DNA of 64,000 bases from Macrostomum lignano. Lineage: Eukaryota. Under the pieces are notes generated by a model. The model made no database searches, was not told the origin of the DNA, and saw only the letters and a program-made list of their open reading frames with translations. The position numbers and the translations under genes were made by a program. The DNA lies in the NCBI GenBank assembly GCA_002269645.1, contig NIVC01002629.1, positions 32,670 through 96,669 of the forward strand, in the 5' to 3' direction. Shown here in pieces: positions 12,901 through 26,639 of the stretch (position 1 is its first letter; every line of letters starts with the position of its first letter).

Positions 12901-15900
12901 GTGATTGTCTGATATCGGTGATTGTCTGATATCGGTGATTGTCTGATATCGGTGATTGTCTGATATCGGTGATTGTCTGATATCGGTGATTGTCTGATAT
13001 CACTGATTATCTGATATCGGTGATCGTCTGATATCGGTGATTATCTATCTGATATCACTGATTGTCTAATATCGGTGATTTTCTGATATCGGTGATTATC
13101 TATCTGATATCACTGATTGTCTAATATCGGTGATTGTCTGATATCGGTGATTGTCTGATATCGGTGATTGTCTGATATCGGTGATTGTCTGATATCGGTG
13201 ATTGTCTGATATCGGTGATTGTCTGATATCGGTGATTGTCTGATATCGGTGATTGTCTGATATCGGTGATTGTCTGATATCGGTGATTGTCTGATATCGG
13301 TGATTGTCTGATATCGGTGATTGTCTGATATCACTGATTATCTGATATCGGTGATCGTCTGATATCGGTGATTATCTATCTGATATCACTGATTGTCTAA
13401 TATCGGTGATTATCTATCTGATATCACTGAATGTCTAATATCGGTGATTTTCTGATATCGGTGATTATCTATCTAATATCGGTGATTGTCTGATATCGGT
13501 GATTATTTGATATCGGTGATTATCTATTTAATATAGGTGATTGTCTAATATCGGTGATTGTCTGATATCGGTGATTTTCTGATATCAGTGATTTTCTGTT
13601 ATCGGTGATTATCTGATATCGGTGATTGTCTGATATCGGTGATTGTCTGATATCGGTGATTGTCTGATATCGGTGATTGTCTGATATCGGTGATTGTCTG
13701 ATATCGGTGATTGTCTGATATCGGTGATTGTCTGATATCGGTGATTGTCTGATATCGGTGATTGTCTGATATCACTGATTATCTGATATCGGTGATCGTC
13801 TGATATCAGTGATTATCTATCTGATATCACTGATTGTCTAATATCGGTGATTTTCTGATATCGGTGATTATCTATCTAATATCGGTGATTGTCTGATATC
13901 ACTGATTGTCTGATATCGGTGATTGTCTGATATCGGTGATTGTCTGATATCGGTGATTGTCTGATATCGGTGATTGTCTGATATCGGTGATTGTCTGATA
14001 TCGGTGATTGTCTGATATCGGTGATTGTCTGATATCGGTGATTGTCTGATATCACTGATTATCTGATATCGGTGATCGTCTGATATCGGTGATTATCTAT
14101 CTGATATCACTGATTGTCTAATATCGGTGATTATCTATCTGATATCACTGAATGTCTAATATCGGTGATTTTCTGATATCGGTGATTATCTATCTAATAT
14201 CGGTGATTGTCTGATATCGGTGATTATTTGATATCGGTGATTATCTATTTAATATCGGTGATTGTCTAATATCGGTGATTGTCTGATATCGGTGATTTTC
14301 TGATATCAGTGATTTTCTGTTATCGGTGATTATCTGATATCGGTGATTGTCTGATATCGGTGATTGTCTGATATCGGTGATTGTCTGATATCGGTGATTG
14401 TCTGATATCGGTGATTGTCTGATATCGGTGATTGTCTGATATCGGTGATTGTCTGATATCACTGATTATCTGATATCGGTGATCGTCTGATATCGGTGAT
14501 CGTCTGATATCGGTGATTATCTATCTGATATCACTGATTGTCTAATATCGGTGATTATCTATCTGATATCACTGATTGTCTTATATCGGTGATTATTTGA
14601 TATCGGTGATTATCTATTTAATATCGGTGATTGTCTGATATCGGTGATTGTCTGATATCGGTGATTGTCTGATATCACTGATTATCTGATATCGGTGATC
14701 GTCTGATATCGGTGATTATCTATCTGATATCACTGATTGTCTAATATCGGTGATTTTCTGATATCGGTGATTATCTATCTAATATCGGTGATTGTCTGAT
14801 ATCGGTGATTGTCTGATATCGATGATTGTCTGATATCGGTGATTGTCTGATATCGGTGATTGTCTGATATCGGTGATTGTCTGATATCGGTGATTGTCTG
14901 ATATCGGTGATTGTCTGATATCGGTGATTGTCTGATATCGGTGATTGTCTGATATCGGTGATTGTCTGATATCACTGATTATCTGATATCGGTGATCGTC
15001 TGATATCGGTGATCGTCTGATATCGGTGATTATCTATCTGATATCACTGATTGTCTAATATCGGTGATTATCTATATGATATCACTGATTGTCTTATATC
15101 GGTGATTGTCTGATATCGGTGATTGTCTGATATCGGTGATTGTCTGATATCGGTGATTGTCTGATATCGGTGATTGTCTGATATCGGTGATTGTCTGATA
15201 TCGGTGATTATCTGATATCGGTGATTGTCTGATATCACTGATTATCTGATATCGGTGATTGTCTGATATCACTGATTATCTGATATCGGTGATCGTCTGA
15301 TATCGGTGATTATCTGATATCGGTGATTGTCTGATATCACTGATTATCTGATATCGGTGATCGTCTGATATCGGTGATTATCTGATATCGGTGATTATCT
15401 GATATCGGTGATTTTCTGATATCACTGATTATCTGATATCGGTGATCGTCTGATATCGGTGATTATCTATCTGATATCACTGATTGTCTAATATCGGTGA
15501 TTATCTATCTGATATCACTGATTGTCTAATATCGGTGATTATCTATCTGATATCACTGATTGTCTAATATCGGTGATTTTCTGATATCGGTGACTATCTA
15601 TCTAATATCGGTGTTTGTCTGATATCGGTGATTGTCTGATATCGCTGATTGTCTGATATCGGTGATTGTCTGATATCGGTGATTGTCTGATATCGGTGAT
15701 TATCTATCTGATATCACTGATTGTCTAATATCGGTGATTTTCTGATATCGGTGATTATCTATCTAATATCGGTGTTTGTCTGATATCGGTGATTGTCTGA
15801 TATCGGTGATTGTCTGATATCGGTGATTGTCTGATATCGGTGATTGTCTGATATCGGTGATTGTCTGATATCGGTGATTGTCTGATATCACTGATTATCT

Positions 15901-18900
15901 GATATCGGTGATCGTCTGATATCGGTGATTATCTATCTGATATCACTGATTGTCTAATATCGGTGATTTTCTGATATCGGTGATTATCTATCTGATATCA
16001 CTGATTGTCTAATATCGGTGATTGTCTGATATCGGTGATTGTCTGATATCGGTGATTGTCTGATATCGGTGATTGTCTGATATCGGTGATTGTCTGATAT
16101 CGGTGATTGTCTGATATCGGTGATTGTCTGATATCGGTGATTGTCTGATATCGGTGATTGTCTGATATCGGTGATTGTCTGATATCGGTGATTGTCTGAT
16201 ATCGGTGATTGTCTGATATCACTGATTATCTGATATCGGTGATCGTCTGATATCAGTGATTATCTATCTGATATCACTGATTGTCTAATATCGGTGATTA
16301 TCTATCTGATATCACTGAATGTCTAATATCGGTGATTTTCTGATATCGGTGATTATCTATCTAATATCGGTGATTGTCTGATATCGGTGATTATTTGATA
16401 TCGGTGATTATCTATTTAATATAGGTGATTGTCTAATATCGGTGATTGTCTGATATCGGTGATTTTCTGATATCAGTGATTTTCTGTTATCGGTGATTAT
16501 CTGATATCGGTGATTGTCTGATATCGGTGATTGTCTGATATCGGTGATTGTCTGATATCGGTGATTGTCTGATATCGGTGATTGTCTGATATCGGTGATT
16601 GTCTGATATCGGTGATTGTCTGATATCGGTGATTGTCTGATATCGGTGATTGTCTGATATCACTGATTATCTGATATCGGTGATCGTCTGATATCGGTGA
16701 TTATCTATCTGATATCACTGATTGTCTAATATCGGTGATTATCTATCTGATATCACTGATTGTCTAATATCGGTGATTTTCTGATATCGGTGATTATCTA
16801 TCTAATATCGGTGATTGTCTGATATCGGTGATTATTTGATATCGGTGATTATCTATTTAATATAGGTGATTGTCTAATATCGGTGATTGTCTGATATCGG
16901 TGATTTTCTGATATCAGTGATTTTCTGTTATCGGTGATTATCTGATATCGGTGATTGTCTGATATCGGTGATTGTCTGATATCGGTGATTGTCTGATATC
17001 GGTGATTGTCTGATATCGGTGATTGTCTGATATCGGTGATTGTCTGATATCGGTGATTGTCTGATATCGGTGATTGTCTGATATCGGTGATTGTCTGATA
17101 TCACTGATTATCTGATATCGGTGATCGTCTGATTTCGGTGATTATCTATCTGATATCACTGATTGTCTAATATCGGTGATTATCTATCTTATATCACTGA
17201 TTGTCTAATATCGGTGATTTTCTGATATCGGTGATTTTCTATCTAATATCGGTGTTTGTCTGATATCGGTGATTGTCTGATATCGGTGATTGTCTGATAT
17301 CGGTGATTGTCTGATATCGGTGATTGTCTGATATCGGTGATTGTCTGATATCGGTGATTGTCTGATATCACTGATTATCTGATATCGGTGATCGTCTGAT
17401 ATCGGTGATTATCTATCTGATATCACTGATTGTCTAATATCGGTGATTTTCTGATATCGGTGATTATCTATCTGATATCACTGATTGTCTAATATCGGTG
17501 ATTGTCTGATATCGGTGATTGTCTGATATCGGTGATTGTCTGATATCGGTGATTGTCTGATATCGGTGATTGTCTGATATCGGTGATTGTCTGATATCGG
17601 TGATTGTCTGATATCGGTGATTGTCTGATATCGGTGATTGTCTGATATCGGTGATTGTCTGATATCGGTGATTGTCTGATATCACTGATTATCTGATATC
17701 GGTGATCGTCTGATATCGGTGATTATCTATCTGATATCACTGATTGTCTAATATCGGTGATTATCTATCTGATATCACTGAATGTCTAATATCGGTGATT
17801 TTCTGATATCGGTGATTATCTATCTAATATCGGTGATTGTCTGATATCGGTGATTATTTGATATCGGTGATTATCTATTTAATATAGGTGATTGTCTAAT
17901 ATCGGTGATTGTCTGATATCGGTGATTTTCTGATATCAGTGATTTTCTGTTATCGGTGATTATCTGATATCGGTGATTGTCTGATATCGGTGATTGTCTG
18001 ATATCGGTGATTGTCTGATATCGGTGATTGTCTGATATCGGTGATTGTCTGATATCGGTGATTGTCTGATATCGGTGATTGTCTGATATCGGTGATTGTC
18101 TGATATCGGTGATTGTCTGATATCACTGATTATCTGATATCGGTGATCGTCTGATATCGGTGATTATCTATCTGATATCACTGATTGTCTAATATCGGTG
18201 ATTATCTATCTGATATCACTGATTGTCTAATATCGGTGATTTTCTGATATCGGTGATTATCTATCTAATATCGGTGATTGTCTGATATCGGTGATTATTT
18301 GATATCGGTGATTATCTATTTAATATAGGTGATTGTCTAATATCGGTGATTGTCTGATATCGGTGATTTTCTGATATCAGTGATTTTCTGTTATCGGTGA
18401 TTATCTGATATCGGTGATTGTCTGATATCGGTGATTGTCTGATATCGGTGATTGTCTGATATCGGTGATTGTCTGATATCGGTGATTGTCTGATATCGGT
18501 GATTGTCTGATATCGGTGATTGTCTGATATCGGTGATTGTCTGATATCGGTGATTGTCTGATATCACTGATTATCTGATATCGGTGATCGTCTGATTTCG
18601 GTGATTATCTATCTGATATCACTGATTGTCTAATATCGGTGATTATCTATCTTATATCACTGATTGTCTAATATCGGTGATTATCTATCTGATATCACTG
18701 ATTGTCTAATATCGGTGATTTTCTGATATCGGTGATTATCTATCTAATATCGGTGTTTGTCTGATATCGGTGATTGTCTGATATCGGTGATTGTCTGATA
18801 TCGGTGATTGTCTGATATCACTGATTATCTGATATCGGTGATCGTCTGATATCGGTGATTATCTATCTGATATCACTGATTGTCTAATATCGGTGATTAT

Positions 18901-21900
18901 CTATCTGATATCACTGATTGTCTTATATCGGTGATTTTCTGATATCGGTGATTATCTATCTAATATCGGTGATTGTCTGATATCGGTGATTGTCTGATAT
19001 CGGTGATTGTCTGATATCGGTGATTGTCTGATATCGGTGATTGTCTGATATCGGTGATTGTCTGATATCGGTGATTGTCTGATATCGGTGATTGTCTGAT
19101 ATCACTGATTATCTGATATCGGTGATCGTCTGATATCGGTGATTATCTATCTGATATCACTGATTGTCTAATATCGGTGATTATCTATCTGATATCACTG
19201 ATTGTATAATATCGGTGATTTTCTGATATCGGTGATTGTCTGATATCGGTGATTGTCTGATATCGGTGATTGTCTGATATCGCTGATTGTCTGATATCGG
19301 TGATTGTCTGATATCGGTGATTGTCTGATATCGGTGATTGTCTGATATCGGTGATTGTCTGATATCACTGATTATCTGATATCGGTGATCGTCTGATATC
19401 GGTGATTATCTATCTGATATCACTGATTGTCTAATATCGGTGATTATCTATCTGATATCACTGATTGTCTTATATCGGTGATTGTCTGATATCGGTGATT
19501 GTCTGATATCGGTGATTGTCTGATATCGGTGATTGTCTGATATCGGTGATTGTCTGATATCACTGATTATCTGATATCGGTGATCGTCTGATATCGGTGA
19601 TTATCTATCTGATATCACTGATTGTCTAATATCGGTGATTTTCTGATATCGGTGATTATCTATCTAATATCGGTGATTGTCTGATATCGGTGATTGTCTG
19701 ATATCACTGATTGTCTGATATCGGTGATTGTCTGATATCGGTGATTGTCTGATATCGGTGATTGTCTGATATCACTGATTATCTGATATCGGTGATCGTC
19801 TGATATCGGTGATTATCTATCTGATATCACTGATTGTCTAATATCGGTGATTATCTGATATCGGTGATTATCTATCTAATATCGGTGATTGTCTGATATC
19901 GGTGATTGTCTGATATCGGTGATTGTCTGATATCACTGATTATCTGATATCGGTGATCGTCTGATATCGGTGATTATCTATCTGATATCACTGATTGTCT
20001 AATATCGGTGATTATCTATCTGATATCACTGATTGTCTAATATCGGTGATTTTCTGATATCGGTGATTATCTATCTAATATCGGTGATTGTCTGATATCG
20101 GTGATTGTCTGATATCGGTGATTTTCTGATATCGGTGATTGTCTGATATCGGTGATTGTCTGATATCGGTGATTGTCTGATATCACTGATTATCTGATAT
20201 CGGTGATTGTCTGATATCGGTGATCGTCTGATATCACTGATTGTCTAATATTGATGATTGTCTGATATCGGTGATTTTCTGATATCGGTGATTATTTGAT
20301 ATCGGTGATTGTCTGATATCACTGATTATCTGATATCGGTGATCGTCTGATATCGGTGATTATCTCTCTGATATCACTGATTGTCTGATATCGATGGTTG
20401 TCTGATATCGGTGATTTTCTGATATCAGTGATTTTCTGTTATCGGTGATTATCTGATATCGGTGATTATCTAATATCGGTGACTATGTATCTGATATCGG
20501 TGATTGTCTGATATCGGTGATTGTCTGATATCGGTGATTGTCTGATATCGGTGATTGTCTGATATCGGTGATTGTCTGATATCGGTGATTGTCTGATATC
20601 GGTGATTGTCTGATATCACTGATTATCTGATATCGGTGATCGTCTGATATCGGTGATTATCTATCTGATATCACTGATTGTCTAATATCGGTGATTTTCT
20701 GATATCGGTGATTATCTATCTAATATCGGTGATTGTCTGATATCGGTGATTGTCTGATATCACTGATTGTCTGATATCGGTGATTGTCTGATATCGGTGA
20801 TTGTCTGATATCGGTGATTGTCTGATATCACTGATTATCTGATATCGGTGATCGTCTGATATCGGTGATTATCTATCTGATATCACTGATTGTCTAATAT
20901 CGGTGATTATCTATCTAATATCGGTGATTGTCTGATATCGGTGATTGTCTGATATCACTGATTGTCTGATATCGGTGATTGTCTGATATCGGTGATTGTC
21001 TGATATCGGTGATTGTCTGATATCACTGATTATCTGATATCGGTGATCGTCTGATATCGGTGATTATCTATCTGATATCACTGATTGTCTAATATCGGTG
21101 ATTTTCTGATATCAGTGATTATCTATCTGATATCACTGATTGTCTAATATCGGTGATTATCTATCTAATATCGGTGATTGTCTGATATCGGTGATTGTCT
21201 GATATCGGTGATTGTCTGATATCACTGATTATCTGATATCTGTGATCGTCTGATATCGGTGATTATCTATCTGATATCACTGATTGTCTAATATCGGTGA
21301 TTATCTATCTGATATCACTGATTGTCTAATATCGGTGATTTTCTGATATCGGTGATTATCTATCTAATATCGGTGATTGTCTGATATCGGTGATTGTCTG
21401 ATATCGGTGATTTTCTGATATCGGTGATTGTCTGATATCGGTGATTGTCTGATATCGGTGATTGTCTGATATCACTGATTATCTGATATCGGTGATTGTC
21501 TGATATCGGTGATTTTCTGATATCGGTGATTATTTGATATCGGTGATTGTCTGATATCACTGATTATCTGATATCGGTGATCGTCTGATATCGGTGATTA
21601 TCTCTCTGATATCACTGATTGTCTGATATCGATGGTTGTCTGATATCGGTGATTTTCTGATATCAGTGATTTTCTGTTATCGGTGATTATCTGATATCGG
21701 TGATTATCTAATATCGGTGACTATGTATCTGATATCGGTGATTGTCTGATATCGGTGATTGTCTGATATCGGTGATTGTCTGATATCGGTGATTGTCTGA
21801 TATCGGTGATTGTCTGATATCGGTGATTGTCTGATATCACTGATTATCTGATATCGGTGATCGTCTGATATCGGTGATTATCTATCTGATATCACTGATT

Positions 21901-23034
21901 GTCTAATATCGGTGATTTTCTGATATCGGTGATTATCTATCTAATATCGGTGATTGTCTGATATCGGTGATTGTCTGATATCACTGATTGTCTGATATCG
22001 GTGATTGTCTGATATCGGTGATTGTCTGATATCGGTGATTGTCTGATATCACTGATTATCTGATATCGGTGATCGTCTGATATCGGTGATTATCTATCTG
22101 ATATCACTGATTGTCTAATATCGGTGATTATCTATCTGATATCACTGATTGTCTAATATCGGTGATTTTCTGATATCAGTGATTATCAATCTAATATCGG
22201 TGATTGTCTGATATCGGTGATTGTCTGATATCGGTGATTGTCTGATATCGGTGATTGTCTGATATCGGTGATTGTCTGTTATCACTGATTATCTGATATC
22301 GGTGATCGTCTGATATCGGTGATTATCTATCTGATATCACTGATTGTCTAATATCGGTGATTATCTATCTGATATCACTGATTGTCTAATATCGGTGATT
22401 GTCTGATATCGGTGATTGTCTGATATCGGTGATTGTCTGATATCGGTGATTGTCTGATATCGGTGATTGTCTGATATCGTTGATTGTCTGATATCACTGA
22501 TTATCTGATATCGGTGATCGTCTGATATCGGTGATTATCTGATATCGGTGATTATCTGATATCGGTGATTGTCTGATATCGGTGATCGTCTGATATCACT
22601 GATTGTCTAATATTGATGATTGCTGATATCGGTGATTTTCTGATATCGGTGATTATTTGATATCGGTGATTGTCTGATATCACTGATTATCTGATATCGG
22701 TGATCGTCTGATATCGGTGATTATCTCTCTGATATCACTGATTGTCTGATATCGATGATTGTCTGATATCGGTGATTTTCTAATATCGGTGGTTGTCTGA
22801 TATCAGTGATTTTCTGTTATCGGTGATTATCTAATATCGGTGACTATGTATCTGACATCGGTGATCATCTGATATCGGTGATTATCTAATATCGGTGACT
22901 ATGTATCTGACATCGGTGATTATCTGATATCGGTGATTATCTAATATCGGTGACTATGTATCTGACATCGGTGATTATCTGATATCGGTGATTATCTAAT
23001 ATCGGTGACTATGTATCTGACATCGGTGATTATC
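9926..23034. repeat. 13.1-kb satellite, 17-bp monomer GTCTGATATCGGTGATT, with stereotyped variants and higher-order repeats
   Basis: Continuous array; rare variants recur at spacings of 2888, 1463 and about 1240/1120 bp. Confidence 0.98.
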
Positions 23035-23630
23035 AGTAATCACAGTATCACATGTGCAATTAATCCCATTTGATTATCTAAAATCGCTAAAATTCCCTGT
23101 CGAAGCAGGCAACCCAAGCAGCGCACATATCACAGCTCTGTACTCACTTCTATCGGAGTCCTCAATATTCCACTTCAAGCTCGGTTGGCCGACTCCCCTG
23201 TTTTGGAGTCGGATTGGCAACTTTGCTGGCTCTGAAGTGACCTGTCCGAAGATTGCCGGGCTTTTATTCTCCTCCACGATGCCCCGCTCCGCTTTACGCG
23301 TCATTTTTGTGCGCCCGTTCTCCCCCCCCCCCCTCCGCCGAGCTCCTCTTCCTTTCGCTTCTTCTTTCGATCATCCTGTGTGGATCGCCCTGCGGGGGCC
23401 GGGGCGGGTGATGGAGGACGCTGAGCTCACAGGCTCGGCTGGAGTGGGTCGGGTCAGTGGCCACCAGCGGAGGACACGAGATAGAAAGGAGGCGATGCAG
23501 GAAGAGGAGAAAGGGAAGCTGGATTGGACAGGGCAGAAGAGCAGCGCGGGGGGGGGGGGCGCGGCAGCGGTCCATGATTAAGAGGAAGCAGCTCGGCAAT
23601 GAGATGTCAGAGACAAAGTCTGGGAAGTTA

Positions 23631-23862
23631 TCCCAGATCCCGATCCCAGATCCCGATCCCAGATCCCGATCCCAGATCCCGATCCCAGATCCCGATCCCA
23701 GATCCCGATCCCAGATCCCGATCCCAGATCCCGATCCCAGATCCCGATCCCAGATCCCGATCCCAGATCCCGATCCCAGATCCCGATCCCAGATCCCGAT
23801 CCCAGATCCCGATCCCAGATCCCGATCCCAGATCCCGATCCCAGATCCCGATCCCAGATCCC
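23631..23862. repeat. 13-bp minisatellite CCCAGATCCCGAT, about 18 copies
   Basis: Seen directly. Confidence 0.95.
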
Positions 23863-24435
23863 GGATCCGAGAGGCTTGACTGCCTCATTCAGAGACGGAA
23901 CCGATGCCGGAAAAGTGCTTTGCCAGGCAGATAAGGCAGCGAAGCGACTCCGCGTGTGACGGCTTGGCAAACAGACGGGGACCGCCCCAGCCCAGCGGGA
24001 TGGGCCTGAGTAAGCAGGGAAACTGATTAGGACGAATGGGATACTTTCTGAGCGGGGCTGGGATGGCCTGGCTGTTTTGCCCAAGCGGGGATGGAGATGG
24101 GCAGTGAAACTCCGGACACATGGAGAGCTTAGTGAGACAGGGCGAGGGCTCACCACTAATAAAACAATTCATCAGCTGGACTCGCACTCGCGAACTAAAT
24201 AATGTAATTAAGAGCGACTCGAAACGGGACGAAATGGGCGAAAAATCGAATGAAGGATGAGCCATCAAAGAGGATCTGTCGATAATCACGAGATCTGCAT
24301 GGGCTGCTCCAGAGTGGCCTACCTGACTTGCGCGACTCTCCCTAGGTAAGTCTCTGGGGAATCAGCGTCTAAAAAGATAATCCCAAAAATTCTATGAGCA
24401 CTTTTCACCGCATCCTTTGCGTCACCCTCTCGAAC

Positions 24436-24888
24436 CGGTGCTTCCGTGCTCTTCCCGATCACACCGGTGCTTTACTGACCTTCCCGATCAGACCGGTGCT
24501 TCCCGATCACACCGGTGCTTCAGAGCAGCTTCACGATCACACCGGTGCTTCAGAGACCAGCTTCCCGATCACACCGGTGCTTCAGAGCAGCTTCCCGATG
24601 ACACCGGTGCTTCAGAGCAGCTTCCCGATCACACCGGTGCTTCAGAGACCTTCCCGATCACACCGGTGCTTCAGAGCAGCTTCCCGATGACACCGGTGCT
24701 TCAGGGCAGCTTCCCGATCACACCGGTGCTTCAGAGCAGCTTCCCGATCACACCGGTGCTTCAGAGCAGCTTCCCGATCACACCGGTGCTTCAGAGACCA
24801 GCTTCCCGATCACACCGGTGCTTCAGAGACCTTCCCGATCACACCGGTGCTTCAGAGACCTTCCCGATCCTTCACGATCACACCGGTG
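24436..24888. repeat. About 30-bp minisatellite CTTCCCGATCACACCGGTGCTTCAGAGCAG
   Basis: Seen directly; units of 29-33 bp. Confidence 0.92.
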
Positions 24889-26639
24889 TTGAGAATACGA
24901 GCACAGGATAGACTATAACAGCGCTTTAGTGCAAAAATACAGTGAGTAAATCACAGCCCAGCAATGCCAATATTGCAACTGTCTCAGATGCCCTTACCGG
25001 TGCTTGAGTGAACTCAGAAATTACCTTGAGTTCCTCATTCCACCTGCTCTATTTCTTGCGCAGGGTTCGAGCCGTACGAATCCCCATTTATGAATTCTTC
25101 CCCACATTTCGCATATTTTTATTTGCCCATTCGTCTCCCCATCCCGGTATCCTCAGCCCCTTTCTCTTTCTGCGTACCCCCAAGCCTCCTCTTTCGTCTT
25201 TTCCGGCCATCAATTCACGAATGACTCTTTTTTGCTGGCACAATGGGCCGCAGCAGTGCACGAGGCAGGCAGGCATATTTTTGACGAAGAACTTTTCTCA
25301 CTAGGAAATGGGGAGAATTATGGGCGTGTGGCAGACAGCTGGGACTCTGCTATTCCTCCTGCTGCATCAATATTAACAGCCATGGATTTGGATAGAGAAG
25401 CTCACTTGACTCGTGGGGAGAGCTCAATGGACGTTGGATTCTGTACAGTAACTGTTGCTTATCTCATGCCATTCTGTATGTAAATTGGCTGTTGGCACAC
25501 AACGAAGGCTTTTTAGAAAGTGAGACAGGGCAAAGATCTTGCAAAACTGCAGATATTTTTTGCGACAAAAATCTCAGCAATCTCTGACCCTCGATGCATT
25601 CAACAACTTCCACTGATGCCTTCCTGTCTGCCATCGGGAGTACCTAAGGAGTCAATTATTTTCATGCTACTCGTGCATTGAAACGCATGACAGACGGTTG
25701 GCGAGGACTTCACATCGAATCATTTCATGCAATTATCGGGAGCGCTGAGCAAGAACATGAGGAAATCTGCAGAAAATTCTATTTAGGGTTTTTTATAGCT
25801 CGTACTTCATTTGCGTATCGTGTACAACTGACACCAGCTTACCGCATCTTTGCTGCTAAAAATAAAAAGCCCTATAATCCAAGACGCCGTGTTTCCGCGG
25901 ATTAAAGACAGTCACTAATCTCCGACAACATTAAGATGAGCCTGTCGCTCTGATGGGACCGTCTGTGCTAGAAAATTGCAGATATAATCTGAGTAGTCAC
26001 GCGTACACTTGCGTGAAACAAAATGCATATGTGCCACACTTACACATTACAGGTAAATAAAATTGACGAGTGAAATGAAATTAAGCCCATTTTACTTCCT
26101 CTGAAATGTCTGTATTAGGCGTGGGAACGTTTAAGGCCTGGTGGAATATTTTCTGTCTCATACATTGAAGTAATTAAAGCGCCAGACTAGCTCTCGCTAC
26201 AACCACATGCCATGGGTTCGATTCCGTGCGCGGCCACAATAATTTGGGGCTCTGCACGAAAATTGGTCGGCGGGTTGTCGTTTTATTTATAACATAATGC
26301 CTATGAGGGCCATTAACCCCCACAGAGAGTGTACAAATGTACGTCTGACGATTAGAAAGTCAAGGCAAGGACCAATGTATATTACATATATGCAGTGGGC
26401 CTTGAGTCAGGGCCGCTGAACACCCTGTGTGAGGGTGCGTATGACAGTGGCCCTGTGTGTATGAGTGTGTTCCTGCATACAAGATGCTTTATTGTGCTTA
26501 GGAGTCCGCGGTATAGAGAGATCGAATTGCCTCGGTGTCATGATGAGACGATATGTCACCGAAGGCGTTCATATGTTAAGGTGGCCCAAAAGACTTATGT
26601 AAAATTTGTATTAGTGTATCTATAATTAATTCAAGTACA

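Noticed and set aside
9926-23034. CRISPR-like array
   Set aside because: No unique spacers, no cas genes, eukaryotic context; this and the other arrays are plain tandem repeats.
24460-24480. 13-bp similarity (TAAAGCACCGGTG) between the 30-bp array on the reverse strand and the 45-bp array at 48009
   Set aside because: A short match around an ACCGGT palindrome; the rest of the units differ, and the 45-bp unit is explained by its local junction.
26185-26235. tRNA or tRNA-derived SINE (GGTTCGATTCC box B)
   Set aside because: No cloverleaf, and the box A to box B distance is too short; at most a degenerate remnant.
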